Shown in pieces: positions 27,601-37,242 of a stretch of DNA of 64,000 nucleotides (positions are counted from its first letter, which is position 1; every line of letters begins with the position of its first letter). The notes beneath the pieces were generated by a model that did no database searches, had not been told where the DNA came from, and saw nothing but the letters and a program-made list of their open reading frames with translations. This stretch comes from Vicinamibacterales bacterium (GTDB taxonomy: Bacteria > Acidobacteriota > Vicinamibacteria > Vicinamibacterales > SCN-69-37). The position numbers and the translations under genes are program-made. The stretch is from contig JBDSZL010000004.1 of the NCBI GenBank assembly GCA_039925145.1, positions 65,821-129,820 of the forward strand, read 5' to 3'.

Positions 27601-28734
27601 ATGACCGAGCCTTCGTACCCCGCCGCCCGAGTTGTCGCGACCAAGGTGCTCGCGCATTTCGCGCAGCACATGGCGGCGGCGCGGGCCCGCGGGCGCACGA
27701 AGCTCGCGCCGGAGCCGGACGCCGCGGCGATCGAGGCAATTGTCGACGCCGCATTCTGGGCCAGCCTCCGCCGCGAGGAGGGCGCGACGCCCAAGATCTC
27801 GCTGGCCTTCATGCCGCCTGCGGCGTCCGAGCAGCCGCTCAGATTCGCCCGTCAGTTGCCGTTGTCAGCCGTCGCGCTGGCACGGCTGGCACCGGCCGTC
27901 GAGCGGCCCGGCATCCACCTGGGCGTGTGGCGCGACGAGGACGGCGAGCTGCGCGTGTGGGGCACGACGCGGCAGATTCCAGCACTCTGCTTCGTGCTCG
28001 AGGTCGTGACGTCAGGCCTGCTCGTCATCAAGCATCGTGGCGATTCATTCGGTAAGTTCGTGAACATCGCGCTGCTCGAAGGGGACGAGATCAAGATCGT
28101 CGATGAAAGTCGGGCCGGTGTTCCGGATTGCCCGGGTCTGGTGGCGTCACTGCTCGGCGTGGATCTGCCTGGCGTGCGTCCCGAGTCGGTGAACGTGCTC
28201 GTGCAGCTCTCCGCATCGATGCGGGCGCACGGCCGGGGCGGCGCCCTCCTGCTGATCCCGACCGAGAACGTCACGTGGGAAGAGTCCATTGTCCAGCCGG
28301 CGTTGTACTCAGTCGACCCACCGTTCGCTGAACTGGCCGAACTGGCCAAGGATGCGCGGATCGGCCAGCACGAGTGGCAGGAAGATCTTCGCCGGGCCGT
28401 GGACGCCCTTGCGGGCCTCACGGCCGTGGACGGCGCGACGCTCGTCACCGAGCGGTACGAACTGATTGCGTTCGGCACGAAGATCACGCGGCGCCGGGGC
28501 AGTGCGCCGGTCGAGCGCGTGATGTTCACCGAGCCGGTCGAAGGCAGTGCCTTCGCCATCGTCAATCCCTATCAGCTCGGGGGCACGCGGCACCTGTCCG
28601 CGGCGCAATTCGTCCACGACCAGCGCGACGCCACGGCGCTCGTGGCGTCACAGGACGGGCGGTTCACGATCTTCAAATGGTCGCCATGCGAAGACATGGT
28701 GCACGCGCATCGGGTGGACGCGCTGCTGCTCTGA
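27601..28734 (+). CDS. Diadenylate-cyclase-fold (DisA_N/DAC-like) protein with an uncharacterised ~200-aa N-terminal domain
   Basis: C-terminal half shows GGALLLIP, AVDGATLV (DGA at nt 28429-28437), and LGGTRHLSAAQF..DATALVASQDGRFTIF (RHL at nt 28588-28596). Compare the DAC consensus GALIVI / HDGA / GTRHRAA..DA..VVSEE.G.IS. Confidence 0.6.
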   Translation: MTEPSYPAARVVATKVLAHFAQHMAAARARGRTKLAPEPDAAAIEAIVDAAFWASLRREEGATPKISLAFMPPAASEQPLRFARQLPLSAVALARLAPAVERPGIHLGVWRDEDGELRVWGTTRQIPALCFVLEVVTSGLLVIKHRGDSFGKFVNIALLEGDEIKIVDESRAGVPDCPGLVASLLGVDLPGVRPESVNVLVQLSASMRAHGRGGALLLIPTENVTWEESIVQPALYSVDPPFAELAELAKDARIGQHEWQEDLRRAVDALAGLTAVDGATLVTERYELIAFGTKITRRRGSAPVERVMFTEPVEGSAFAIVNPYQLGGTRHLSAAQFVHDQRDATALVASQDGRFTIFKWSPCEDMVHAHRVDALLL

Positions 28735-28885
28735 GGCGCGGCCACATGGGCTGCGGTGACACGAGATACTCAGGGCAGGTGCTGAGGGGCAATCTGCATG
28801 AAGGCAGCCTACGTCGAGGAGGACGTGGCGTCTAGCGGCAGCGTTCTCAGCGACGAGAAATCAGCTGGCAACCACTGCAACGGAC

Positions 28886-28913
28886 GAATCGGCGGCACTG
28901 GTGCCGCCGATTC
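28886..28913. terminator. Strong hairpin/palindrome between convergent genes (candidate bidirectional terminator or binding site)
   Basis: gaatcggcggcac / tg / gtgccgccgattc, two perfectly complementary 13-nt arms. No U-tract. Confidence 0.45.
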
Positions 28914-28979
28914 GCACCGCTCTGAGAACGCGCCATTACGTCGCCCCAGATCTGCGAGGTGCTTTCTATCGTTCGGTGC

Positions 28980-29636
28980 TTACTTGACTAACCGCTGCCT
29001 GACCACCAGCCCGGCGATGCCCAACCCCAGCAGGGCGATCGTGGTTGGTTCGGGAACGGGAGAGGCGACAGGGTCGCCGCCTGCGACGGCGCTGCCGAAC
29101 GTGACCGTATCGAACGCGGTGCGGTTCGCGGTCCCACCGAAGTTAATCGACTTCGCGGTGCCCGCGAACGTCACGCCGACCGCTGTCCAATTGCAGAAGT
29201 TACCGGTCGGGTCGCCGCCGCAACCGTCGGCATACTGTGCGGCCAGGTTCAGCGTGCCCAGTTGGGTGCCGGTGCCGTTCAGGCCGTCCCAGACGCTGAC
29301 GGATGCCACCCCGGCCGAGGAGTAGAAGAACGAAAAGCCTGTGTCGAATCCTGCGGCAAAGTTCAGGATGGCGTTATTGGCGTCGAGGAAGAACATCACC
29401 GTGTCTGCGGACGGCTCGTTCGCGATGTTGCCGCTTCCGCCGGCATCCGAATCGACGACGGCCAAGGTCGCTGGGCTGAACTGGACGCCATAGTTCGTGC
29501 CCGCGCCGCCGTTGTAGAAGTTGCCGACAGGATTCAGGTCTCCGACTCCTTCGAACGTCAAGACGATCGGACTGGCAGAGGCTGGAACAGCAACAGCGAC
29601 GAGCGCGATGGCGATTACGAATCCGAAAGCTCTCAT
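28980..29636 (-). CDS. PEP-CTERM-anchored secreted protein
   Basis: Signal peptide MRAFGFVIAIALVAVAVPASA. C-terminal VPEPTTIALLGLGIAGLVVRQRLVK is the PEP motif plus TM helix plus basic tail. Confidence 0.85.
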   Translation of the reverse strand: MRAFGFVIAIALVAVAVPASASPIVLTFEGVGDLNPVGNFYNGGAGTNYGVQFSPATLAVVDSDAGGSGNIANEPSADTVMFFLDANNAILNFAAGFDTGFSFFYSSAGVASVSVWDGLNGTGTQLGTLNLAAQYADGCGGDPTGNFCNWTAVGVTFAGTAKSINFGGTANRTAFDTVTFGSAVAGGDPVASPVPEPTTIALLGLGIAGLVVRQRLVK

Positions 29637-29888
29637 GTGATCAGGCTCCTGAAGCCAGGCACGAACCCTTGTTCGCCCCGTACGTTGTGGCTTCGACTCC
29701 GATAGTGCAGCTTTCGATCCGTTCTTCTAGCGTGGGCATTGCTCCTAGAAACAGTAATTCCATGCAGACAGAAGCGTAATCTTCCCGGACGTTGACTTAA
29801 GCCCACTTTGTTCAACAGCCTGAACCTATGTCCCGCGGCGCAATCGTGGCCTTCATGATCGCGCTGTCGAGTCTTGTCCGGTCAGCCA

Positions 29889-30794
29889 TCACTTGACGCT
29901 GGTTGGTTCTGATTTAAGGCCGTACCGAGACAGAAAGCTGTCGAACGCGTCGAAGTAAGCTTTGGGGTTCGTTTCGGCTGAGTCTTCGTGCCCACCACCT
30001 GGGATCAGGGCAAGCTGTTTCGGCTCCCGGGCCGAGTCGTAGAGGCGTCGGGCCCTCAGCGGACGATCGGAGCTGCCCTCGAGAATGAGCGTCGGAATAC
30101 GGACTGATCCAATCTTCGAGATCGCATCAAAGCGCTCCGTCACGATCAGCCGCACTGGCAGGACCAACCCGATTGGCATCTCGTTCGCCACGTCGGCGAT
30201 CGATGTCAACACGCCTTCGATGATCAATGCGCCGGCCTCTGGATGCTTGCTCGCGAGATCGACCGCGACTGCGCTGCCGAGCGAGTGCCCGTAGATGGCA
30301 ATGGTCCGGGACGACAGACGTCGCTCCGACACGAGATATGTCCAAGCCCGCTCCGCGTCCTCGTACACCAACTTCTCGCGCGGAGGCCCACCCGTGCTTT
30401 CGCCGAATCCGCGGTAGTCGAAGATGAAGACGTTCACACCCGCGTTGTGAAACCGAACAACGTCCTGGGCATTCGCCCCGATATTATTCGCGTTGCCATG
30501 GAGGTAAAGCAGCGTCGCGGTCTGAGGATTCTCCGCCGGCACCCACCATCCCGCCAGTTGCCCGCTCCCAATCGGCAGCGCGACCTTCGTGAACGTCACG
30601 CCTGAATCGCCCGGCGTGATATCTACGACGGAACTGGGCAGAAATATGAACGCAGCTTGCCAGTACCAGAGCGCGCCCACGATGAGGAGGTACGTGGCCG
30701 CGATCCCAGCAATGAGTCCGCGGGCCAGACGGAACTCCAGCGATCGTCGCGCCATATGCGGCCGCATTCTACCGCTCGGTGCAGGAGCAACCAC
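29889..30794 (-). CDS. Alpha/beta-fold hydrolase with N-terminal membrane anchor
   Basis: Nucleophile elbow GHSLG, HGNANN oxyanion-region motif, and C-terminal GGGHED. The start is uncertain (GTG 30794; ATGs at 30767 and 30755). Confidence 0.8.
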   Translation of the reverse strand: MVAPAPSGRMRPHMARRSLEFRLARGLIAGIAATYLLIVGALWYWQAAFIFLPSSVVDITPGDSGVTFTKVALPIGSGQLAGWWVPAENPQTATLLYLHGNANNIGANAQDVVRFHNAGVNVFIFDYRGFGESTGGPPREKLVYEDAERAWTYLVSERRLSSRTIAIYGHSLGSAVAVDLASKHPEAGALIIEGVLTSIADVANEMPIGLVLPVRLIVTERFDAISKIGSVRIPTLILEGSSDRPLRARRLYDSAREPKQLALIPGGGHEDSAETNPKAYFDAFDSFLSRYGLKSEPTSVK

Positions 30795-30931
30795 GCTCGC
30801 GGCGATGTAGGAGGCGCGTCGGACGAAGTCAGCTACACGAACTCGCCGGCGCGCCCGCCTGGCAGCCCGGCCGATAGCGCGGGGTTGAGGCGGCAGGTCC
30901 GATTATCTCTCGACTCCCCCGGCTCTTCGTC

Positions 30932-30960
30932 TTGACAATCAGGAGAAGGGCACGTAGTGT
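30932..30960 (+). promoter_or_regulatory. Sigma70-type promoter candidate for the PadR/ADOP module 1
   Basis: TTGACA (30932-30937), 17-nt spacer, TAGTGT (30955-30960). Competing reading: AGGAGA (30941-30946) acts as the RBS for GTG 30957. Confidence 0.45.
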
Positions 30961-31310
30961 CTCGGCATTCCCTCATGCCGACACCCACAACCGACCTCAT
31001 TCAGGGAACGCTCGACCTGCTCATCCTCAAATCCCTATCGCTCCAGCCGATGCACGGCTTCGGCATCACGCAGCGCATTCAGGCCGTGAGTCAGAGTGTC
31101 TTTCGAGTCAACCCGGGGTCGCTGCTCGTCGGTTTGCAGCGCCTCGAGCGGGCCGGCCTGGTCAAGGGTGTCTGGCGAGCAACGGAGAACAACCGGCGCG
31201 CCCGGTTTTACCAACTGACCGCCAAAGGCAGGAAGCGGCTCGAGCATGAGTGCTCCGAGTGGGAACGCCGATCGGGCGCCATCGCGCGCCTGCTCGAGTC
31301 CGAGTCGTGA
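30957..31310 (+). CDS. PadR-family transcriptional regulator
   Basis: [28 protein letters not shown]...[14 protein letters not shown]....[18 protein letters not shown] is a canonical PadR winged helix. An alternative in-frame ATG lies at 30975. The stop overlaps the downstream start (TGATG at 31308-31312). Confidence 0.85.
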   Translation: MSRHSLMPTPTTDLIQGTLDLLILKSLSLQPMHGFGITQRIQAVSQSVFRVNPGSLLVGLQRLERAGLVKGVWRATENNRRARFYQLTAKGRKRLEHECSEWERRSGAIARLLESES

Positions 31311-34102
31311 TGCCTTCGCCCTGGCGCGCTGTCGTCATCGGTTTCAGACGCCTCTTTCGACGGTCCGCAGCCGCGCGAGATCTCGACGATGAGGTCGAGT
31401 CGTACCTCGAGGCGGCCAGAGACGCCTATCGAAAGGCGGGACTGACCCCGGAAGATGCGGCTCGCGCGTCGCGCGTCGAACTGGGGAGCCTCACGGCCGT
31501 CAAGGACCAGGTTCGAATGAGCGGGTGGGAGTCCGTGGTCGACGCAACGTGGCGCGACGTGCAATATGCGGCGCGGCGGTTGCGTCGATCGCCGGGTTTC
31601 ACCGTGGCCGCGTTCCTCGTGCTTGCCCTGGGTATCGGCGCCAACGTCGCCATCTTCAGCATCGTGAACGCCCTGCTGATTCGGCCGCTCCCAGTGGAGG
31701 CACCAGAGGAACTGGTGTTCATCGACCGGGCAACGAGTACGTTCACCTGCTGCACTGTCCGCGAAGCGAACGCCTATGATGCCGCGACCGACATCTTCCG
31801 CGGAGTCGCAACATTCCGGTCTCAGACATCGACGCTTGGAGTCGGGCCAGATGCCATGGAAGCACTTGGCGAGTCAGTGTCAACGAACTATTTCGGGGTG
31901 CTCGGCCTTCGGCCGAGGTTGGGGCGTGCCTTCTCGACGATAGACGACGTACCCGGCGCCACGCCGGTCGTGATCATCAGCGAGCGGCTGTGGCGGTCGC
32001 GGTTTGACGCCGATCCAAACGTGCTCGGCCGACGCCTCCGCCTGGCGTCCAGAGACATGGTCGACAGCGGATGGCTGTACACCGTCGTCGGTGTCATGGA
32101 TAAGGCGTTTAGCGGACTGGATGATCCGTGGCGGTCGACCGAGTTCTGGGTGCCAAGGTCGCAACGTCAGAGAGAGCGAGATCAACTCAACGATGCCGAT
32201 CGTCTCTTGCCCGACCGTGAGGCCAGTGCCGGCCACCTCGTGGCCCGTCTGCAGCGGCATGTGCCTGCCGCCCGGGCGCAGGCTTTCGTGAATACCACGC
32301 ACCCGGCATTCGGGGGGCCGAGTCTCAACAACAGGCGGCCGAGTCTCGACAACAGCCTGAATCCCGCGGATCGTCTGCTGGCGGTTCGGACCTCTCGCCG
32401 GATAACACTGCCCATGGACAGCAGGGGGCGGATTGCACCCGAGCGTCTGGCGGCCGCACTGATGGCGCTTGCTGGGCTGGTGCTGGCCCTTGGAGTCACG
32501 AACCTTGCTGGTGTGACGATCGCGCGCGGCATCGTTCGGCAGCCTGAGCTGACGTTACGGGTGACGCTTGGTGCAACGCGCGGACGAGTTGCGCGCCAGC
32601 TTGCGATCGAGGGCCTGCTGCTATCCACGTCTGCGGCGATGGGCGGCGTCCTGCTATCGAGGTGGCTGGTGACGGCGTTCCTTCGCAACCTGCCAGCACG
32701 TTCTTTCACGGCCGCCTTTGCGTCGATCGACGTGCCGATGGATGTTCGCGTGTGTGGGGTGGCTGTCGTGACTGCCATCGCGACCGGGCTGATCGTCGGT
32801 CTGGCACCCGTTCGTCGGATCTCGAGCGGCAATCTTCTCGCGAGCCTCGGCCATGCCTCGGATGTCTCGCCGCGCCGCGTGCGGGCGCGCCTGCGCTATT
32901 GGATCGTCTTGCCGCAAGTGGCAGCATGCGTCGGACTCCTGCTTGGTGCCGGGATCGCGGTCAGAGCGCTTATCGCTGTCGCGACAGTCGACCTCGGCTA
33001 CAAACAGGAGCAGGCCGCAATGGTGCAGTGGGCGGGGCGCCGGTTCGGTGTTGCTCCTGGGGCGTCCGCGCAGGGGAGCCACGAAGCCGACACGGCACGG
33101 CAGCGGCAGTTCAATCGTCGCGTCCTCGAACTGGCGGCAAGCAGCCCCGAGCTGGTTGCTGCGGGCCTTACCGACGCGCTTCCGACCGAGGCCGGCCGGG
33201 CGGGCGTCATCAATCCCGCACGGTTTGCCGTCTCGGCCGGACCGATCGATGTCGCCACGGCCCAGATCACTCAAGGCTACTTCGACGCAATTGGTGTCCG
33301 CGTCTTGCTCGGGCGCGGGATAGACGCGCGCGACACGCTGCAATCGCCAGCCATCGCGATCGTCTCCGAGAGTGTGGCGGCCCGCCTCTGGCCCGGGCGA
33401 TCCGCGATTGGCCAGTCGATCGGGTTCCATCGTGGCAGTCGTGAGCCAGACTGGTTGGAGGTCATTGGCGTCGTGAACGACGTCAGATTGCCGCTGTCGG
33501 AAGGCGAGCCACAGCCCGTTGTCTACGTCGCGATGAACCAGGAGAACGCATTGCTGCGACGAAGCACGATGTTCCTCGTGGCCCGTGGAAAAGCGAGCGG
33601 TCGGGACGTGGCCTCCACTCTCCGCTCCATTGTCTGGCACGCCGATCCGGAGATGGAGATTGCAAAGAGCCAGACCCTGCAGTCCGTCATCGACGATGTG
33701 CGGTACGCCCGCCATTTTGCGGTGGCGCTCCTCGCATCATCAGGCGTCTGCGGCCTTCTCCTGGCCGGACTCGGCCTCTACGCCCTCGTCTCGCACTCGG
33801 TCGCGCAGCGGATGCGAGAGCTCGCCATCCGCGCGGCACTCGGCGCCGGCCGCATCGAGATCATGAATCTCGTCGTCCACGAAGGCATCACAGTGGCGGC
33901 AATCGGATCGGTGGTCGGCCTCCTGCTGGCGTTCATCGGCATGCACATCGTCTCGCACCAGGTCTTTGCGATTCCAGCGGTAGATCTGACAACGGCCCTC
34001 ATCGTCATCGCCATCGTCGCGGTTGTCGTCGTCCTCGCCGCGGTCATCCCGGCTCGTCGTGCCGCCCGCGCCGATCCGATGACCATCCTTCGCTGGCAGT
34101 GA
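31310..34102 (+). CDS. ADOP-type permease (duplicated MacB-like periplasmic domain + FtsX, orphan of an ATPase) with N-terminal permease-prefix domain
   Basis: Prefix [37 protein letters not shown]. Canonical [48 protein letters not shown]. Two FtsX-type 4-TM modules. No ABC ATPase gene is adjacent. Confidence 0.9.
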   Translation: MPSPWRAVVIGFRRLFRRSAAARDLDDEVESYLEAARDAYRKAGLTPEDAARASRVELGSLTAVKDQVRMSGWESVVDATWRDVQYAARRLRRSPGFTVAAFLVLALGIGANVAIFSIVNALLIRPLPVEAPEELVFIDRATSTFTCCTVREANAYDAATDIFRGVATFRSQTSTLGVGPDAMEALGESVSTNYFGVLGLRPRLGRAFSTIDDVPGATPVVIISERLWRSRFDADPNVLGRRLRLASRDMVDSGWLYTVVGVMDKAFSGLDDPWRSTEFWVPRSQRQRERDQLNDADRLLPDREASAGHLVARLQRHVPAARAQAFVNTTHPAFGGPSLNNRRPSLDNSLNPADRLLAVRTSRRITLPMDSRGRIAPERLAAALMALAGLVLALGVTNLAGVTIARGIVRQPELTLRVTLGATRGRVARQLAIEGLLLSTSAAMGGVLLSRWLVTAFLRNLPARSFTAAFASIDVPMDVRVCGVAVVTAIATGLIVGLAPVRRISSGNLLASLGHASDVSPRRVRARLRYWIVLPQVAACVGLLLGAGIAVRALIAVATVDLGYKQEQAAMVQWAGRRFGVAPGASAQGSHEADTARQRQFNRRVLELAASSPELVAAGLTDALPTEAGRAGVINPARFAVSAGPIDVATAQITQGYFDAIGVRVLLGRGIDARDTLQSPAIAIVSESVAARLWPGRSAIGQSIGFHRGSREPDWLEVIGVVNDVRLPLSEGEPQPVVYVAMNQENALLRRSTMFLVARGKASGRDVASTLRSIVWHADPEMEIAKSQTLQSVIDDVRYARHFAVALLASSGVCGLLLAGLGLYALVSHSVAQRMRELAIRAALGAGRIEIMNLVVHEGITVAAIGSVVGLLLAFIGMHIVSHQVFAIPAVDLTTALIVIAIVAVVVVLAAVIPARRAARADPMTILRWQ

Positions 34103-34165
34103 CACAGCAATCGCCGCTGACGCGCGCGCGAGGTTGCTGCGCTCGTCGCGGCATTCAACGTGGCA
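33998..34165 (+). repeat. Direct repeat copy 1 (last ~35 codons of ADOP permease 1 plus 63 bp downstream)
   Basis: Aligns base-for-base with 37618-37785 (offset 3620) with about 8 mismatches in 168 bp. Confidence 0.9.
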
Positions 34166-34234
34166 CGAGCGGGGCCCAACAACTGGCAAGGGGTGAGGCG
34201 AAGCACCTGACAGATGGCCGACGCGGGCGCTTGC

Positions 34235-36841
34235 TCAGTTGTCCCGCAAGAGCCCTGCCGGAGATCTCCTCATGTTTCGCCACACAGGCACCAGGGCGCC
34301 GCAAGTCAGGAGGAGCGGGGCTGCGAGGAGTCCCCCAGCCACCTGCCACGGCGTGAGCGGCACGAAGTCGACATCTAGTCTCCTAACAACTGTTGACGCC
34401 CAGATAGACACGAGGACGCCAGCGAACGTTGCAACAACGCTGACGGGAAGCACCCGCCCAAGTGTGATCCGGGACAGGAGAATGAACGGCTCCGCGCCGA
34501 GCGCAATTCGTATGCCCATCTCCTTGCCACGGGCGAAAACCTCCGCTGCCGAACTCAGCCCCATAGTCACGCCCACACCGAGGAGGGTCATCAGCGCTAT
34601 CCAGCCGCTGAGCACTGCCGTCAGCCACAAGGAATCGACAGCCCTGGCCGCGACATTTTGCAACGTATCCATCGCAACGAACCTCGCCGTCGGATCGACA
34701 GCCGCCAGCGCGGCGCTCGCCATTCGTGCGGTGAGTTTAGGTGAACCGGTGCCCCTACGCGCCAAAAGGTGCAACGAGCGTCCGTGCCTCTCACTCGCCA
34801 GGGGAAGGTACACCTCTGGCTTCACCTTGCCTCGGTAGCCTTCGTGCCGCACGTCTGAGACGACGCCGATGATCGTGGCCCAGTCCTCCGTGACCTCGTT
34901 GGCGCGGCCGAACTTGATCTGGCGATCCAGCGGGGACTCTCCATTGAAGTACGTCTTCGCGAATGCCTGGTTCACTACGGCCACCCGCCCGGATTGAGCG
35001 GTGTCACGCCAGTCAAAGTCCCGTCCTTGTAGCAGAGGTGCACCCAACACCGCGAACGCCCCAGGCGCAACCAGCTTTCGTCCCGGCGTCACGTGGCTGC
35101 TCTCTCCGTTGAGATACCGGCGGCCGCCCCTGATCGTGAGCGACACAGTGAAGCCGCTGTCGGTCACCGGCCCAACCTCCATCGCACTTGCCCCAGTAAC
35201 ACCAGGGAGGCGCGCTGCAGCCTCGACGAACTGACGAGTCTGCTCCTCCCCGTCGGCGTCTAGTGCCACCTCGACATCGATAACACTCTCGAGTGTCATC
35301 CCGAGCGGCGGCGTCAGGACGGAGACATATGACCGCACGTAGCCGACCGCCACGATCACCAGCGTGGGCATCGTGATACACATGCCTACAAACCAAAGGC
35401 GAGGAACGCCGTTCCTGTTGTCGGCGAAGCGCCTCGCTCCTGATGTGAATCGCGAGAGCACCGCCAGATCGCCGGCTAGAATGCCGCTCGCAACGACGCC
35501 CACTGAGCCGGCCGCGATAACGAGCACTGGCATAAGTCGTTCAATGACGAATCGGCCGCTGTGTATGTAGGAGTCGACCGCCAAGGTCGCCGGCACTGCC
35601 ATGCCGACCAACAGCAGGAGCCGTCCTGCATGCGTCGATAGCCACCGGAGCGCATACTGCATCGGCCGCGCTCCCTGGAGGGCGTGGATCGACAGCTGCG
35701 AAGTTCTCAGTTGCGCATTGGTTAGGCACCACGCCAGCACCATGGCACAGCAGGCGATCGCTCCGACCAGTGCGGTCAGTCCGAACAGCGCGGCGCTCTT
35801 CCGAGCACGGTCCGACGTCATGAACTGTGGAATCGTTGTTGCGTGCAGTTCTACATCGCTCAGGGCTCCAGTTCGAGCAGAGCGCAGTCGCGTTTCCAAT
35901 TCAGGACGTCCTCCCGCAGGCTTCGCCAAGAGCGTCGCTATCAGATACCCGGGACCGCGCGGCAACACTTTGCCTGGGAAGGCATCCTCAGTCTCCAAGT
36001 TGGTAATCAGTCCCAGGTCCTGGCGCCAGTACTCCGCGCTTCTGCTCGTGACACCGACGATCGTGCACTGGCCATGCTCGGCGCTAACTGCGACGCCGAC
36101 CATCGCCTGCGCCGCGAGACCAAGGCGTGCGGCAAACCCGGGCGTAATGAGGCAGGTGGGCTGACCAGCGATGGCGCCTCTTGGAGGCAACCCGGTGCCG
36201 AGTGTCGTGGAGATGCCGCCCAGCGTCCCGATATCGCCTGACGCGAACATCACTGTCGTACGGTGCATGCCACTACCCACGCGAACGGGCACGGCGGCCA
36301 CCGCAAATACCGCCGTAGGAATTCCGGGGAACTCATCTCTGAGCTGCAGGGCCGTCGCGAGCGAGAGTAAACCCTGAAGGCCGATGTCGCCCCCAACAGT
36401 TCGTGCAGCCACGATCGTCTGGCGAACGGGAATGCCCGTTGGACGGTACACCTCGGCATAGAGCTCCGCACCTCGCACTGCCGCGCAGAGCGCCGCAGCC
36501 AACCAGAGTGATGCTAAACAGCAGAAAGCGGTCTCGGCTCCCTTCATCAGCCCGCGACTGCTGCTGATCGGCTGGCCACCACTCACAGGGCGTCCCCAGC
36601 TGAGATCGCGCACGAGTGTCACCGCCCAGGTGAAGCCCCGCGCGTCGCGGTGGAGTTCCTTCGTCTGTTCGATGCCGCCCAGCGCCACTCGGGCGGCGCG
36701 CCGCGCGTCGTTTGGACTCATGCCACGCGCCTCATGCTCCTCCTGGAGCAATGCCAGATGAGCTTCGATCTCGCGGCTGAGCTCGCGCTCGATCCGACGG
36801 CCGCGGGTGACCTGCAGGAGCCGCGCGAAGAAGCGACGCAT
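34235..36841 (-). CDS. ADOP-type permease 2 (divergent first half, canonical second MacB_PCD/FtsX half)
   Basis: Start MRRFFARLLQVTRGRRIERELSREIEAHLALLQEEHEARGMSPNDARRAA (permease-prefix domain) at 36841, 2 nt after the PadR stop. The second half is canonical (VAVVNQAFAKTYF..., ATIIGVVSDVRHEG, GIRIALGAEP). The first half lacks the usual DLRYALR..PGF motif. Confidence 0.8.
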   Translation of the reverse strand: MRRFFARLLQVTRGRRIERELSREIEAHLALLQEEHEARGMSPNDARRAARVALGGIEQTKELHRDARGFTWAVTLVRDLSWGRPVSGGQPISSSRGLMKGAETAFCCLASLWLAAALCAAVRGAELYAEVYRPTGIPVRQTIVAARTVGGDIGLQGLLSLATALQLRDEFPGIPTAVFAVAAVPVRVGSGMHRTTVMFASGDIGTLGGISTTLGTGLPPRGAIAGQPTCLITPGFAARLGLAAQAMVGVAVSAEHGQCTIVGVTSRSAEYWRQDLGLITNLETEDAFPGKVLPRGPGYLIATLLAKPAGGRPELETRLRSARTGALSDVELHATTIPQFMTSDRARKSAALFGLTALVGAIACCAMVLAWCLTNAQLRTSQLSIHALQGARPMQYALRWLSTHAGRLLLLVGMAVPATLAVDSYIHSGRFVIERLMPVLVIAAGSVGVVASGILAGDLAVLSRFTSGARRFADNRNGVPRLWFVGMCITMPTLVIVAVGYVRSYVSVLTPPLGMTLESVIDVEVALDADGEEQTRQFVEAAARLPGVTGASAMEVGPVTDSGFTVSLTIRGGRRYLNGESSHVTPGRKLVAPGAFAVLGAPLLQGRDFDWRDTAQSGRVAVVNQAFAKTYFNGESPLDRQIKFGRANEVTEDWATIIGVVSDVRHEGYRGKVKPEVYLPLASERHGRSLHLLARRGTGSPKLTARMASAALAAVDPTARFVAMDTLQNVAARAVDSLWLTAVLSGWIALMTLLGVGVTMGLSSAAEVFARGKEMGIRIALGAEPFILLSRITLGRVLPVSVVATFAGVLVSIWASTVVRRLDVDFVPLTPWQVAGGLLAAPLLLTCGALVPVWRNMRRSPAGLLRDN

Positions 36842-36843
36842 CG

Positions 36844-37191
36844 TCAGGACTCGTGGCTGAGGAGCTTGTTGACGAGGCCTGCCAGGCGGCGCCACTTCTG
36901 GGCCTGCTCGGTGACCGCGCGGCGGCCGGCCGCTGTAACGGTGTAGTACTTCGCACCCCGGTTGCTCTCAGTCTTGCGCCAGTCGCCTTTGATCCAGCCC
37001 TTCTGCTCGAGACGTACGAGGGCGGGATACAGCGTTCCCTGGTTGAGCATCAACGGATGCTCTGCCACTTGCTCAAGCCGGGAGGCTAGGGAGTAGGCAT
37101 GCAGTGGCCCCATGGTGGCCAGCGCCTGCAGCACGATCAGTTCGAGGGTGCCTTGGAGGAGTTCGACTTTGGAATGTTCACGTTTCACCAT
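36844..37191 (-). CDS. PadR-family transcriptional regulator
   Basis: MVKREHSKVELLQGTLELIVLQALATMGPLHAYSLASRL...LYPALVRLEQKGWIKGDWRKTESNRGAKYYTVTAAGRR. ATG at 37191; the ORF-track TTG at 37242 coincides with the predicted -35 box. Confidence 0.85.
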   Translation of the reverse strand: MVKREHSKVELLQGTLELIVLQALATMGPLHAYSLASRLEQVAEHPLMLNQGTLYPALVRLEQKGWIKGDWRKTESNRGAKYYTVTAAGRRAVTEQAQKWRRLAGLVNKLLSHES

Positions 37192-37213
37192 CACTAGTGT
37201 CTCAAGTGAAGCG

Positions 37214-37242
37214 AGCTTATGACCGCTCCGCTTTACTGTCAA
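37214..37242 (-). promoter_or_regulatory. Sigma70-type promoter candidate for PadR/ADOP module 2
   Basis: On the minus strand: TTGACA (37242-37237), 17-nt spacer, TAAGCT (37219-37214), then 22 nt to ATG 37191. Same architecture as the promoter at 30932-30960. Confidence 0.45.

Noticed and set aside
29747-29762. Possible sigma54-type promoter upstream of the PEP-CTERM gene (minus strand TGGAATTACTGTTTCT versus consensus TGGCACG-N4-TTGCW).
   Set aside because: The -12 element reads TTTC rather than TTGC and several -24 positions differ. No enhancer-binding protein or exosortase gene is nearby. This is too weak to call.
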